DNA of 64,000 nt from Octopus vulgaris (taxonomy: Eukaryota), in contig OX597814.1 in NCBI GenBank assembly GCA_951406725.2, positions 40,858,001-40,922,000 on the forward strand. The letters are read 5' to 3'. Under the pieces are notes generated by a model. It was not told the DNA's origin. It did no database searches and saw only the letters and a program-made list of their open reading frames with translations. Below, piece by piece: positions 12,187-25,113 of this stretch. The position numbers and the translations under genes were made by a program. Numbering within the stretch: position 1 is the first letter of the stretch; each line of letters opens with the position of its first letter.

Positions 12187-14109
12187 CTATCCGTTTTCTT
12201 TAGGGGACCAAAAACGTAACAGAAATTTAGTCACATGTGGGCATGATCCGAAAAGCTCTGTCCTTGTATTTAGACATGTGGTAGGGTCTAAGCTGCTTTT
12301 CCAGATAAGCCATCTCTCCATGTCGCATAAACCGCACCTTCCGCTGCCGTTAGTATAGGGCTTACATCTGGCCAAAATCTTCCATTGTATGTTATAATCG
12401 ACACCTTTATCTCTTAAAGACCAAATATGATTGGATAATTGTGTCGCTTTTCTTTTGTTCCAGTGCCTAAAGCTCAAAGTGTGGTTATTGAACCTGGCCT
12501 TGAAATTACCCTCTGTCAGGCCCACGTATTTCTTCGTCGAAACGGTGTCTTTAGTGGTTATAGAGTTTACGATAGCTTCATATATGATGGTCTTGGACAT
12601 GCAAGCTCCATTTAGCGGGCACAATTCTTTATTCCTGCATGAACAGCTGTTTTCTTCTTGTGTTTTTTGTATGTTATGATTGATTATGTTTTTAAAATTG
12701 GTAGTTGAACTAAAACTAATTTTTAAATTGTGTCTATTGAAGAGTTTCCTATAAGCATGGTTAACTGGAAAATGTCTATCTATCAGTGCTAGGAAATATT
12801 TACCTATATTGAAGGCCACCTCGGGTGAGTAAGGGGGCGTAAACCAGATGACCTTCCTATTTCTATTATTCCTTTTCCTTATTGTTGGGCTGGTGATAGG
12901 TGTATATTTTATTTTTTCGCTAAAACCACTATCTTTTAAAGCTTTATTATAAACTGGGGCAACGCTATTGAAGATGTCCTCATTAGATGAGAGGCTAGAA
13001 ATCCTCTTACTAATATTTTTAACTAAATTTTTGAATACTATAGGGGGATGGCATGAACCTACATTAATATAACTTAGTCTATCATTGGGCTTCCTATAAG
13101 ACTTATAAATATTATTATTAAGATCTAAGGAAACGTCTAAGAAATTGACAACCGTCAGGTTAGTGTCTATAGTTATACTAAGTCCGAAGTGTTTCATTAA
13201 CTGGATAATATCCTTCCTAAAACGATCTTGTGCTGGTCCATTTGTATTAGCTGTTAAGGCGAGGGCATCATCTTTGTAGATGGCGAAATGTACGTTAGGG
13301 AATGTCTTACCGAAGGTATCTAGGAGAAAGAGTCCAATTAGATCACAGATGCCTGCCCCATCATATGAACCCATGCTCACATCGAAAGCGCCCTCCGTGT
13401 CGGTGTTTTTTACCCACTTTGCATTCTCACTGAAAAGTAATGTCTTTCTAGCATGGAAGATTATATCCTTATCATTGGTACTAATTTCTATGAAGTCACT
13501 AGCGAAGATTAGGGCTTTATCTAGCAGTTCTTTAGAGATAGAGGCATAAAAATCAACAATATCGAATTGTGTAAACCTCGTTTTTTTCTTATTCTTAATA
13601 GCTTTAAACCAGTCTACGACTTCTATACTATTGGACCATTGCACTAGCCTAGTATCGGTCTTAATTTTCGTATTTATTTTATCTAAAATTTCTTTGCTAA
13701 TAATCCCTAGTTCTGACTTGGCTGGGTTGATAAGCCTACATTTAGGGTTGGAAAGGAAGTTTTCTTTGTGGTCTTTAATAGTAATAAAGGCCTCTTTTTG
13801 GGGGAGGGTTTCTATTTTTTTATCTAATTTAAGTTTAGCGGCGATGACGCTAGCTTCTTTATTAATTTCGTTATATGTCTGTGCCCTAGCCTTAGTATAA
13901 TTATTAATGATGCTGTTGTGTAAGAGTTGTGTGTATTTGCTGTTATCTACCAGGTATAAGTTCTTGGTTTTATCCGAAAAAAGTGCTTTTTTCTTGGAGC
14001 TTTTTATATGATCAATATCTTTTTTCAATTTATGTTGGAAATTGTTAAAAGACTTACGAAACTTTATTTTGCTCATGATCTTCAGCAGGTCCGCTTCGAA
14101 ATCTTCCAA
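12187..14109 (-). CDS. Penelope-like RT + CxCx5CPx4C linker + GIY-YIG endonuclease (N-truncated, uninterrupted 640 aa)
   Basis: 'KCRLINP', 'QFDIVDFYASI', 'MGSYDGA', 'YKDD', 'FLDV', 'YRKPND', 'HPP', 'CSCRNKELCPLNGAC', 'IIY...YVGLTE...RFNNH', 'CGLCDME', 'LNTRTE'. Confidence 0.9.
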   Translation of the reverse strand: MEDFEADLLKIMSKIKFRKSFNNFQHKLKKDIDHIKSSKKKALFSDKTKNLYLVDNSKYTQLLHNSIINNYTKARAQTYNEINKEASVIAAKLKLDKKIETLPQKEAFITIKDHKENFLSNPKCRLINPAKSELGIISKEILDKINTKIKTDTRLVQWSNSIEVVDWFKAIKNKKKTRFTQFDIVDFYASISKELLDKALIFASDFIEISTNDKDIIFHARKTLLFSENAKWVKNTDTEGAFDVSMGSYDGAGICDLIGLFLLDTFGKTFPNVHFAIYKDDALALTANTNGPAQDRFRKDIIQLMKHFGLSITIDTNLTVVNFLDVSLDLNNNIYKSYRKPNDRLSYINVGSCHPPIVFKNLVKNISKRISSLSSNEDIFNSVAPVYNKALKDSGFSEKIKYTPITSPTIRKRNNRNRKVIWFTPPYSPEVAFNIGKYFLALIDRHFPVNHAYRKLFNRHNLKISFSSTTNFKNIINHNIQKTQEENSCSCRNKELCPLNGACMSKTIIYEAIVNSITTKDTVSTKKYVGLTEGNFKARFNNHTLSFRHWNKRKATQLSNHIWSLRDKGVDYNIQWKILARCKPYTNGSGRCGLCDMERWLIWKSSLDPTTCLNTRTELFGSCPHVTKFLLRFWSPKENG

Positions 14110-15007
14110 TGATAGACTAAGTTATATTAATGTAGGTTCATGCCATCCCCCTATAGTATTCAAAAATTTAGTTAAAAATATTAGTAAGAGGATTTCTAGC
14201 CTCTCATCTAATGAGGACATCTTCAATAGCGTTGCCCCAGTTTATAATAAAGCTTTAAAAGATAGTGGTTTTAGCGAAAAAATAAAATATACACCTATCA
14301 CCAGCCCAACAATAAGGAAAAGGAATAATAGAAATAGGAAGGTCATCTGGTTTACGCCCCCTTACTCACCCGAGGTGGCCTTCAATATAGGTAAATATTT
14401 CCTAGCACTGATAGATAGACATTTTCCAGTTAACCATGCTTATAGGAAACTCTTCAATAGACACAATTTAAAAATTAGTTTTAGTTCAACTACCAATTTT
14501 AAAAACATAATCAATCATAACATACAAAAAACACAAGAAGAAAACAGCTGTTCATGCAGGAATAAAGAATTGTGCCCGCTAAATGGAGCTTGCATGTCCA
14601 AGACCATCATATATGAAGCTACCGTAAACTCTATAACCACTAAAGACACCGTTTCGACGAAGAAATACGTGCGCCTGACAGAGGGTAATTTCAAGGCCAG
14701 GTTCAATAACCACACTTTGAGCTTTAGGCACTGGAACAAAAGAAAAGCGACACAATTATCCAATCATATTTGGTCTTTAAGAGATAAAGGTGTCGATTAT
14801 AACATACAATGGAAGATTTTGGCCAGATGTAAGCCCTATACTAACGGCAGCGGAAGGTGCGGTTTATGCGACATGGAGAGATGGCTTATCTGGAAAAGCA
14901 GCTTAGACCCTACCACATGTCTAAATACAAGGACAGAGCTTTTCGGATCATGCCCACATGTGACTAAATTTCTGTTACGTTTTTGGTCCCCTAAAAAAAA
15001 CGGATAG
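14106..15007 (+). CDS. Inverted duplicate of the Penelope thumb + GIY-YIG region (within ORF 14042-15007)
   Basis: Identical to the C-terminal part of the minus ORF except I>T, G>R and E>K. The first ~22 codons of the called ORF are antisense RT sequence. Confidence 0.75.
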
Positions 15008-15201
15008 AACATGCTTTCTGTGTTATGTCCCAAGAAGATTTTATATATTTTTATATATTTTTATATATTTTTATGTATTTTTATATAATTTTTATGACGA
15101 AAAATGCGAGCGATGTATAAGTACGCAGGCAAAGCAGAGTTATAACAGAGTAATTTCCCTTCATTTTTAACGGTATTTTTTCATAACGTTTTCAAATAGC
15201 C

Positions 15202-15264
15202 AGATAACCGAAGAGATGGTGTTGTGGATTTCCACTTCGGCATCTGAAACTCAGAGTTTTATCT
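15202..15264 (+). ncRNA. Hammerhead-like motif in the Naiad 3' region (U4C core), second arm
   Basis: Identical to 11930-11992: stem I agataa/ttatct and near-palindromic stem III aactc-a-gagtt. Confidence 0.55.
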
Positions 15265-15286
15265 TGACTACCGAGTAATGTAACAT

Positions 15287-15343
<57 letters not shown>

Positions 15344-18229
15344 GTATATGTATGTATATGCATGTATATATATATATGTATGTATATGTATGTATATATA
15401 AACAGCTTTGGGATTTTCATTACTCCAAACACAGGCGCTGATTGAGTTTCACTTCTTTGTTGTTAATGAATTGTTTAGTTAATCAACCAACTTAATACTC
15501 GATTTTTTTTTGAAAGACTTTCCTACATAATTCGCGATTCCATGGACGGTATGCCATATCTCTCTTGGTCATCTTTGAATCTCTGTTTCATAGTGATGTA
15601 CGTGGGAGAAGGCAAATGGAAGATATGTGTGTGTGTGATATCCTCTATGTGCGTGAGGTTACATTCTGACGTATGTGATTTCTTGTGTGTTTATGTATGT
15701 ATAAATGCCTAAATGTAGTTTAATTGATCCTATAAGTGAGCGTGCATTTGTGTGCGTATATGTGTCTGTGAGTGTGCTTTTGGCGTGTGTGTGTCCTGGC
15801 GTAGAAATTTTTGACATATTTTGGCAGAAACGTGTTCATATAATTTTGACTGCAATAATGTCACCATAAATGGTGTACGAAATTGTAAATTATGACAAAT
15901 GATCTAGCATGCATGTCATAATGGGTTTGGAATAAGCAGATTAAAAATATTCGACTTGTGAGAGTATAAAATAAATTACAATCGGTAACGATATGCTGGA
16001 TGATATATACATTTGATAGAATCTACGCTTGGTCAATGATGAAATGGGGAAGATGAGGAAGTCCAAGAACGTGGAAACTACAAATGGTAATGCATTTTTG
16101 CCTTAAATGATGAACGATTATACGAAATTGACGCATCATATGACGTACGAATTACTTTGAAACGCGTACTTGAACTTCTCGCATGATACTTACACCACAA
16201 ACTTAATTTTCATCAAATGAAAATAGCCACTTGTGTTAGTTAATTCCCTTCTTCCATATTTGGAATGTTGCTTACATCCAAAACTTAAGCATAATCCAAT
16301 AATCAAAGGAAAAATATCCACGTATATTTTCCAATAATGTCGATGACAATTTAAAACTGCTTTGAAAAGATTTTAGCACACCTAGCTTTCAGTTCAACTT
16401 CAAATTTGCATAAATATGAACATCACATTAACTCACAGATTCTTACAAAATTCCTACACCTATATTTCAAATATCTTTGCTTGTACCTAGAACAATTTAT
16501 GAATTAAAAACTATAACTATAGCGTACAAAGAACAAAACTATAGATTATAGCGTACAAAGAACAAAACTTAATTTTGATAAGGAATATTGAGAATATCCA
16601 AAATTAGAGATATATAGATTTGTATTTAGATTTCTATTCCTATCATCATATTTTTGTGAACAATGTCTTTGTTTCGGACAGATTTTATCAACTTCCATTA
16701 CCATGTACTAAAGAAGAACCACCATATAACCGTTTCAATTCAAAGCATCTATAAGTTTTAATGAAAACTGCAAAGAACATAATAATTAAATTCAAACTTA
16801 TAGATTACAATACTCATATTCCAATGACTTCAACTTATTTCCCAGCATAATAAAATCTCTGAAACTTTCTAGTCTATAAAATGCAAAGAAAATTGCTTTG
16901 TATAAATTTATTATTACTTAGCATAGTATTTTAACTATTCTCCCTGTTCAATAATTTCTGCCGCATCTTTTCTAGTACATACACCTTAGATCTTCGGAGA
17001 GAATTTATTCAATGCAAAAGGGATAAAATAGGTGTTTGTAATAAAATACTTTTCGTATCCTTGCATTTCTGTAAATGCTTTTTCTCGACAAGGGCAAAGA
17101 AATGTATCTGAACAAGAATTCAATGCAAAATTTTATTATCCTTTTAACTGCAATTGAAGCCAATTTTATGTACTTGAGTCTAGTGCAGTTACCTATGAAC
17201 ATGTAAAAATAACATGTATATAAATTTTCGTTCTTGCCATTTTAAGTATCGAATTAATCTGCAATTAAAAAGAAGTTGGAAAAATAATTATATTTTAACC
17301 AACTACTTATATTGGATATTAATTATCGTAATAAATAACAAAGTAACTTTTCTAATTATCTGTTTTTACACTTTATTTCTACTACCTCATACCATCTGCC
17401 ATCATCAAGAACGTTTTCAGATTCATTATGGAGAGGAGAGAAAAGGAAAAAAAAATGCTGGCATTAGTGACATGAACGAAAAATATAAAACAAAACAATG
17501 AAATTATAAAAAAGTTGAAAGACATTAGCGCAAGAAAATATTGGAAAATAGAAACAACGTTAAAAAAGATGGAAAATATCATAAAATCTATTCATCTAAA
17601 TAATTGCATCATTTAAGTATAATTAATTATATGAAAGTGACGACTACTGGATATTTTTCACTATGCTGGTGCAACGAGATAAAGTCCAAAAATAATTTGT
17701 TGCGTGAAATCATAGGAATTAGATAAGATGCGTCTCATCAAAATGGCTAATGGTTATCGGTGCTGTTCCATTCTTTTTTATGTTGTTATTAGTAATATGT
17801 TTACACTTCTTGCGTGTGGCATTAACGTTTGTTTGTTGTTGTTGGTTTTCATTTTGTTTATGAGGATCATGAAGCTGACAAAAAGGTGAATCACTACGAT
17901 GATCATCATAATTTTCATCATACTAATCGCAAGCATCATCAAAACATTGACGATCATAACAATGAAAATGATAGAAATTACACTCTGTTTTGTGATCTTC
18001 AGTTCCGTCGAGATCTATCGATTTTAGCCTTTGTTTTTATCCAGAGTTATATTAATTCTGATTAGATTTCTTTTGCCACCAATGCATTTGGTATCATCAT
18101 ATGGTTTGATATTTCTTTTTTTATTATTAATGAAATCTTGCCGATGAATATTTTTTTCAAACGGTTAACGGTAATGCAAGTCGTAAATGTATTGATGGGG
18201 CTGCTGATAAGTCTAACTACGTTTGTGCT

Positions 18230-18625
18230 AATGATGATGATGTTGATGAAGGGGAGGAAGGAATGGAGAAGGGAAGAAAGATGGTGATGGTGATGCAGAG
18301 GAGTACGTCAGGAAGATGAAGATGATGATGATGATGATGATGACGATGGAGTAGCGGAGGAGGAGGTGGAGGAAGCAGAGAAGGAGAAAGCTGAGCACAA
18401 GGAGGAAACTGGTAAGGAGGAGGAAACTTAATATGAGGTGGAAGCTAAAGATGATGATGACGATGATGTGGAAGAGGCTGATGAGGGAAAAGATGGTGAT
18501 AATGTGGAGAGGAGATGTTGATGAGGAAGAAACTGATGGTAATGATGATGAGGCTGATAAGGAGGAAGAAGAGTTGGAGAAAGAGAGGTGTAAGAGGAGG
18601 AAGTGGAGGGTGACGATGCTACTGT
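18230..18625. repeat. Decayed (GAT/GAG)n purine-rich low-complexity tract
   Basis: Direct reading of the sequence. Confidence 0.8.
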
Positions 18626-19301
18626 GAGTAATGGTTGTCTGGTGAAAACGATATGCAATAGGGTAAACTTGAAGATGTGATTCATAATGTTTTAAGAAAA
18701 CTTTCTAATACATAACAAAATCAAAGTATAAGCACTTACGGAAATTGCTTGCGAAAAGAAACGAAATGATTCCTTTTTTCTGATTTACTTGAGAAATATT
18801 AAGTCTGACCCTTCAAATGCGACAGGCAGCCGACAAAAGTAATTCGCGACATTTTCAATGCAAAACCACAAAGAAGCAAAACGACAAATCTGACATGCAA
18901 CGTGGTATACAAACTAAACAACTGCAGCTGCTAAACAAGAAAATGTAAAATTGGAGACTATGAGAATACACAATACATACACACACATGCAAACGCATGC
19001 ACACGTACACACACACACATACACACATGTGTGTGTGTGTGTGCGCACAGAAACATTTACATACATACACCCACGTTGGTGAGTATTGTTCTTTCTTAAG
19101 TACAAGGATTGTAATCAAAAACAAGAAAATATGAGATGTTGATAAAAGCGCTTAAGAGTCAATAAGATTATAACGTCATATAAATTAGTACTCGAGGGGT
19201 CGAATATCTTATACAACATAAGCGAAGGACTATAACGAAATTATATACATATGTGCATATATACGTGCATACCAACAAACACAAACATACACACACATAT
19301 A

Positions 19302-20475
19302 CAGTGTGCGTAAGATATTAGATGACAGATTTATTTTTTTTATAAAAAATAAACAGAAATATAACAGATAATAACTTTATTTATCATGAAATGCTACGAG
19401 GATAAAAATAAAACTTCTTTTCTATAATGTTATTCAATAAAGCTACCTTCAGCTTTAACAACTGCTTCTATTCTATATGAGATCTAAATCATCTACATGT
19501 TCCAATTAAGTGGTCTGGTTTCTTTTGGGCATACTCTGAACATGGCAGCTTTCAAAAAATGTTTGGTGTTATGGGCGTGTTCGTGACCACTCTCTCAACA
19601 ACGTTCCACATGTAATAGCCAAATGGATTGAGATCTGGGGAAGTAGGAGGCCAAATATTAGGAGTTATGTGATCATGACACTTTTAAGCGATCCATACCT
19701 ACGTTACTAGCGCTGAGTTTTTTCTGAAAGAGATATGGCCTTCCATTGCATACGATCTCTAATCAGGGCTTAACAATTATTTCCAGTACCCCAGTGTAGG
19801 CAGCAGAGTTAGAGACACATCACATGTCCATCATTGCTGACAACCACTAAAACCATGACAGTTTCAGGAAATTTTATAACACCAGGAAATGCCTAACACT
19901 TAGAACTTCAGAAGGGTCTGCACAAAACCATCTGTCATTTCTCCCGTTAACTTTTTGAACTTGGTCGAAATTTTTCACGTTTGAGATAAACCTGTTCAAA
20001 TTTTTCCGTTTGTTTCAGAGCCTTTTAGATCTGATGTATTGATGTTCTTTCGCTTTTCCTGACAAATTGACCTTTCCTCATGCTATAAGATATATATCTG
20101 ATGTCTTGGACAACATCTCTGACTGTTACTTCTGATATATGGAGTTTCTGGGTTGTAATCAACGGTCTGTTGAATTTGTTGGATAAAGTCAGGTGTTCTG
20201 ATGCTTTCAGGGCTTTTTTATACTTTGATTCTTGTGATACGATTCCATATTCATCTTCTAGCTCCTTACAAATATTTTAGCAAAATTTAAAATTCAAGAT
20301 ATATCTGAATGGCTATACTCAGCCTTTATAATCCCAACAACAGCATGACCTTTAATTTCTTAAATAAGCTGAGGCTCTCTCTTTATTATTTCCTGAAACA
20401 AAGAGTATAAACACTTAGCAAATAATGCAGCAACGACTCAAAAAGACTTAGGTCCTCAAATAACCTACGCACCAT
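19302..20475 (-). mobile_element. Decayed full-length Tc1/mariner element
   Basis: Minus strand gives 'WPPTSPDLNPFGYYMWNVVER'. Degenerate TIRs: cagtgtgcgtaagatattagatgac versus the reverse complement of the right end, catggtgcgtaggttatttgaggac. Confidence 0.75.
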
Positions 20476-20665
20476 GTTTGTGTTTACATGTGTGTGGATT
20501 ATATCTTTTAATTTCATTTATGCTAACGTGAAGGGTATGCCAATAATGTTCCTATTACATTACGATGGCTACTCTCTAATGATACAGATTAGTGAGTCAG
20601 TTTTTCGGGGTTTGCATCATACTTATACCGATATAATGTTGGATACATATAATAATACAAATAAT

Positions 20666-21083
20666 TCTTGGATGTAATTTATAAATATTTAATATATAGC
20701 TTCAAGCGTTTCTACATATCACATGATCCTAACATTAGATTTCGTATCCATGGGGTGAGTACAGTATAGTCCCTAGTATCCGTGGGCATCCGGTTGATGA
20801 TCGTCATTGATTCATTTCATTAGGTGATACTGCATTATTGTATGAATCACAGAGGAATATTTATCGCTCCTTGCTAGTATTAACATTAATCTAGCAAGAT
20901 CTGTGTTTCATCCACCCATGCAGTATCTCATGATGAAATGAATCAATGATGATCATCAACCAGCTGCCCACCGATACCATGGAGTACTGTACACGTCCCA
21001 AGGATACAGACTGATGTTAAAGTCATGTGATTTGTGGAAACGCGGTTAGTGATGTATGAAATAAATATATGTTCCATCCTAGA
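20666..21083. repeat. Old fold-back element (core arms 20706-20853 / ~20899-21043, inner hairpin 20870-20898)
   Basis: gcgtttctacatatcacatga pairs with tcatgtgatttgtggaaacgc, and gttgatgatcgtcattgattcatttcat pairs with atgaaatgaatcaatgatgatcatcaac. Confidence 0.8.
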
Positions 21084-21139
<56 letters not shown>

Positions 21140-21140
<1 letters not shown>

Positions 21141-21540
21141 CGTTATATAATTAGGATTCAGTAAAATAATTTACTTTACCACACACCGAACTTTTAGAAA
21201 TAGCAGCCCAAAAAATTTAGCCATTTCTTCTACTATAAGAAAAAACTCCCAGACAATGTATACTCAAAAATAACTCACACAGGTATAGAGGGGAAAATAT
21301 GGAAAGATCATACGTACATAAGATTACCTGAGAACGGGCGTTTCTGGATTAGTTGAATATAAAGATCAACATTTCCTTCGTCAGCTCAAAGACTTCTTTT
21401 GATTTGGATTTGAGAGCACTAAAATTCGAACATACCCGTCTGATATGAGTAATCCCAGACAAACCACCTTCGACCGCCAGTACCAACGAATTCAAAAATT
21501 ACAAATGAGGCCTCACATTCTTCCCCTTCCTCCCACGTGA
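21140..21540 (-). mobile_element. Penelope-type terminal repeat module with hammerhead (same family as 36989-37590)
   Basis: Colinear homology to 36989-37390. Abuts (TA)n. Confidence 0.7.
21329..21388 (-). ncRNA. Type I hammerhead motif
   Basis: tgag CTGACGA aggaaatgttga...tcaactaatcca GAAAC gccc GTT ctca. Confidence 0.6.
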
Positions 21541-21559
21541 GTTACAGAGCGGTACATTC

Positions 21560-24500
21560 CTACAGAGAGAACTGTAGTGAACAGGTAAAGCATTACTGTA
21601 GCACTGCCGGGCCAGGGATTTTTGGTAATTATTCAAATACCCCGGCTCGAAAATTTTTGGAAACAGATTGGCCAGTTGTTTCTTGTCGAACTACAGAGAC
21701 GCTCTTAGGACGTCATCGATTTAAAACTCTACCAGCCCTTTATACAAAACTGAGGCGGTATTCCCATTGCCGGCCTTGCTCCTCTTGTGGATTAGCCTGA
21801 GTGCCTCTCGACACTCCTTTCACCTGTCGGATTACGTCTTTTATTAATACCGAGTTTGAATCTTTCCAATTGGGCTGGTTTCAGAAATAATTCCTCCGCA
21901 AACTGATTTCATACCTTGTCGCCATCCAGGTAGCGCCAGAGATGTCTCAGCGTCAGCGCATGTCTGTGCATCATTAGCCATGGCATCCCTAACCCACCAT
22001 TTAAAGGTTCCTGGCAGCAATGTGGCTTTCCTCCTATCCACAATAAACAGAAGAGTAGGCGCTCCAACTTGTTTAGCTACGAGTCGGGGCAAGGGACAAC
22101 GGTTAGGCGGTAGGTGATTACACATGCAATAAACAACTGTACCACCTCTGCCCTTCCTTTCAGGGACAGAGCCCGTCCGGACCAAGTCCGGACTAGCGTC
22201 TCCGCCCTGTTAGCCACCTCGCTCCAATTCTTCTCCGTCTGGAGCACGTTCCAAACCAAACTCAAAGCAACTTAACAGAACCATCTGTCCAGTGACCCAC
22301 GACACTGGACGATATCAACTTGCTCCTCCAGAGGTCGAGTCGCAAGCCGAACTTTTCCTTGTTAACTTTTGTTCCTTGCCCCGACTCGTATCCTTTGATA
22401 GCGTCCTCTACACAAGGTATGTGAACCTCATTGGACATGATGATGGGGATGTCATCTGCATATGCAGAGAGAGACTTACCGCATCCGATTTGATTGCGGA
22501 TGTTTCCCAAATTCCCCAACTTCTGCAGTAATGGCTCAACAGCTAACACATACAGAAGCGGAGACAGGGAACACCCTTGACAAACTGAGCGCTTGATCGA
22601 AAACGGCTCAGACAGGTAGTCGTTTATATGAACGGTGGATTTGACGCTATACATTGCGGAAAGCCACCTACGGAACTGCGTGTCCAGCCCAGCCGCTTTG
22701 AGAACCGACGCCAGGTACTGGTGGTCTACCCCATCAAACGCTTTACTCTAGTCTAAATGGACCAGTGCTTCACCTTTGTCGGTTAATTTACCCAAACTGT
22801 CTAAGGTGTAGCTTATAGGGCGAAAATTGTCCTGGATCGACCTGCCTGGAATGATGCATCTCTGTGCCTTCACCATAATCTTCTAAACAACAGGCGTCAA
22901 CTCTTTTGCTAAAACATCGGTCAAAATCTTTAATTTTACATTGAGTAGAGTAATGGACCTGTAATTACTTATAATCCCCCCTTGTTGAGGTCCTTCTGGA
23001 TCAGCGTCACCACTCCTCGACTCCCAGAGCTGGGAATCCTCCCATTCTCTTGCCAGTTTGTGTTGACGCCTGCCAGCAGGTCCACGAATAAATCCGGCAT
23101 GCTACAATAAAACACATAAGGTAGTTTACGCCGCCCCGGCGACTTGTCCTAGGTGCACACTTTGACATTCGCAAATGTAATCTGTCCTTCAAAGCATTTC
23201 GCTCATGCACCGGGAATCGCGGCCCAACGGCAGGGAAGGTTTTTAGGAACTCCACGGGCTTGAGCACGTCACTCTTCCCAAACAACCGGGCAAAATGCTG
23301 GTGAAAAGCCTTTTGCAACTTCTCCTGTCATAGATCTAGTGCCCCTGTTCGTCAGTTAAAGAATTTAAAGAGGCTTTTTTGCCTGCGGCGGACACTCCAC
23401 ACGACGGGCCCATCCGGCAACGTTAATACTTTCTCGGCCCACTGCACGTAGCTTAGTTCTAACTCTGCAGTCTTCATGTTTGACTTTGAGGTGACGGTAC
23501 GAGACCGATCACACCGCCAGCACTCTAGCCGTAGAAGCAGATTCCATAGCCTCGTCTAAATTCTTAACTAGTTCCCTTGCTTATCTAGATCTATCTAAAC
23601 TTAGCTGATTGCTAATTCCAGTAGACTCTAAACGAATGACACACTTGAGGGCATGCCACCATCTATTATTAATGATGGCGTCACATAGAGTCCTCTGAAA
23701 GGATTACGTAATCCGGGTACAGAAGGCTCCAGAAGTCAAATTCTTCTTCTTCATCTTCCAGCAACCGGGTCCCTGTCTATGACATTTATCTATATAAACC
23801 TCAAACGTCACAAATGTTTGATCCGTGTAAGGTACAATGCAAATTTTTGACAACTAAAACTATGCCTGTCGCTTTCTCTAACGAATACCCTGTCTATATA
23901 AGATCTGTGTGAGCCGTCATTTTTACTCCATGACCACTGTAGAACGCTCGACTCATCCAGTCTGTAACGGTCTACAAGCTTATAGCTCTCTTCTTCCGCC
24001 ATTGCTCCATCTTTCGTTTCTGTTGTATTTTCCGGCTTTTCGTTCCTTTCTTTTACCATCTTTGCAGCTTTTTGGGGAGAGGCCTCGTTGTCTTGCTTTT
24101 CCTGCACTTTGAAAGGACGTGGCCATTTTCTCCACATTTGAAGCCTCGTCCCTCATGGGCTATTCTCATGGTTATCCCCTCCCTTACAGACACCCTGTTG
24201 GGCAATTTTTCTGGCGTTTCGTTCGACGCTTGAAAGACCATCATGAGCGTCTGGCCTTTCCAGTTGACGGCTCTTTTTTATTCATTTGCAATATCGACAC
24301 CACCTCCTCCACGTCGTATATGACCGCCGCTGCCACCCACATAACCTCGTAACCAGCCGGGATCTCATCTACTGTAATTTTAGCTGTACTGTGACCCAAG
24401 TATGTGGGTAACATAATTATTTCCAAGTTTCTTAATGTTTTCATGTAGACCTCCTTCGCTATATTAGCCGTTTCAAACTCCGCTACCACTGTTACGCTTC

Positions 24501-25085
24501 TCATTCCACGGCTAACGTAGAACACTTTGTTCCCTATATGGGCCAAACATCATTCAACGACGTCATTCTTGTCATCTATCTTCTTCTTTTATCTTTTATC
24601 TTTTACTTGTTTCAGTCATTTGACTGCGGCCATGCTGGAGCACCGCCTTTAATCGAGCAACTCGACCCCGGGACTTATTCTTCTTGTAAGCCCAGTACTT
24701 ATTCTATCGGTCTCTTTTGCCGAACCGCTAAGTAACGGTTTCTATATTTATTTTTTCTTTAAGGTCGTTAATTTTATACACAGCCGTTCTCGGATTTATC
24801 GTTTGCACTGTCTCTGGAGGAGGCAATAGTTTTGTGTCGGAACCACTTATCCTGATTATGTTACGAAACTTAAATAGTTGCTCCATTTTTACCTCCATTT
24901 CCGTTACAGCGGCAGAAAAACTGGGTCTTTCCTTTTCCTGTGTTTTTGTTTCATCTACATTTTCACTGGTATTACCGTTTCCCATTGCGGTAAAATATTT
25001 TTTTGATGGAATATTAAATTCCATCGTATACATTTTTTCTAAAGAGCCAAAAGTGACACAAAAATGACAACATAATTTCACTACC
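21560..25085 (-). mobile_element. Decayed Tx1/L1-clade LINE (ORF1 with zinc knuckle, partial APE endonuclease, RT)
   Basis: ORF1 pieces 24728-25081 and 24241-24546, 'FKCGENGHVLSKC'; endonuclease end 'WSWSK...RSYIDRVFV'; RT 'SVCQGCSLSPLLYVLAVEPL', 'AYADD'; 'WSGRALSLKGRAEV'. Confidence 0.85.
24578..24738 (-). mobile_element. SINE 3' fragment inserted in the Tx1 ORF1
   Basis: Homologous to 51175-51325, with a gataaaa-repeat tail on the minus strand. Confidence 0.8.
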
Positions 25086-25113
25086 TAGCAACGAGTACAG
25101 AAAAAATGTTCAG

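Larger units (their letters stand above)
11832..15294. mobile_element. Young Naiad-type Penelope-like retroelement, 5'-truncated, with inverted 3' duplication
   Basis: Arms 11900-13088 and 14106-15294 are 1,189 bp each, with about 5 substitutions seen. Both ends lie in (TA)n. Confidence 0.93.

Noticed and set aside
12187-14109. Selenoprotein/SECIS feature reported for some Naiad elements
   Set aside because: No in-frame TGA in the ORF, the conserved cysteines use TGT/TGC, and I could not see a convincing SECIS in the 3' region.
14042-15007. Stand-alone 321-aa GIY-YIG nuclease gene
   Set aside because: It is the inverted arm of the Penelope insertion. The start is a TTG in antisense RT sequence, with no evidence of expression.
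18230-18685. Acidic D/E-rich coding exon
   Set aside because: Frame shifts and stops within a decayed trinucleotide repeat, with no splice evidence.
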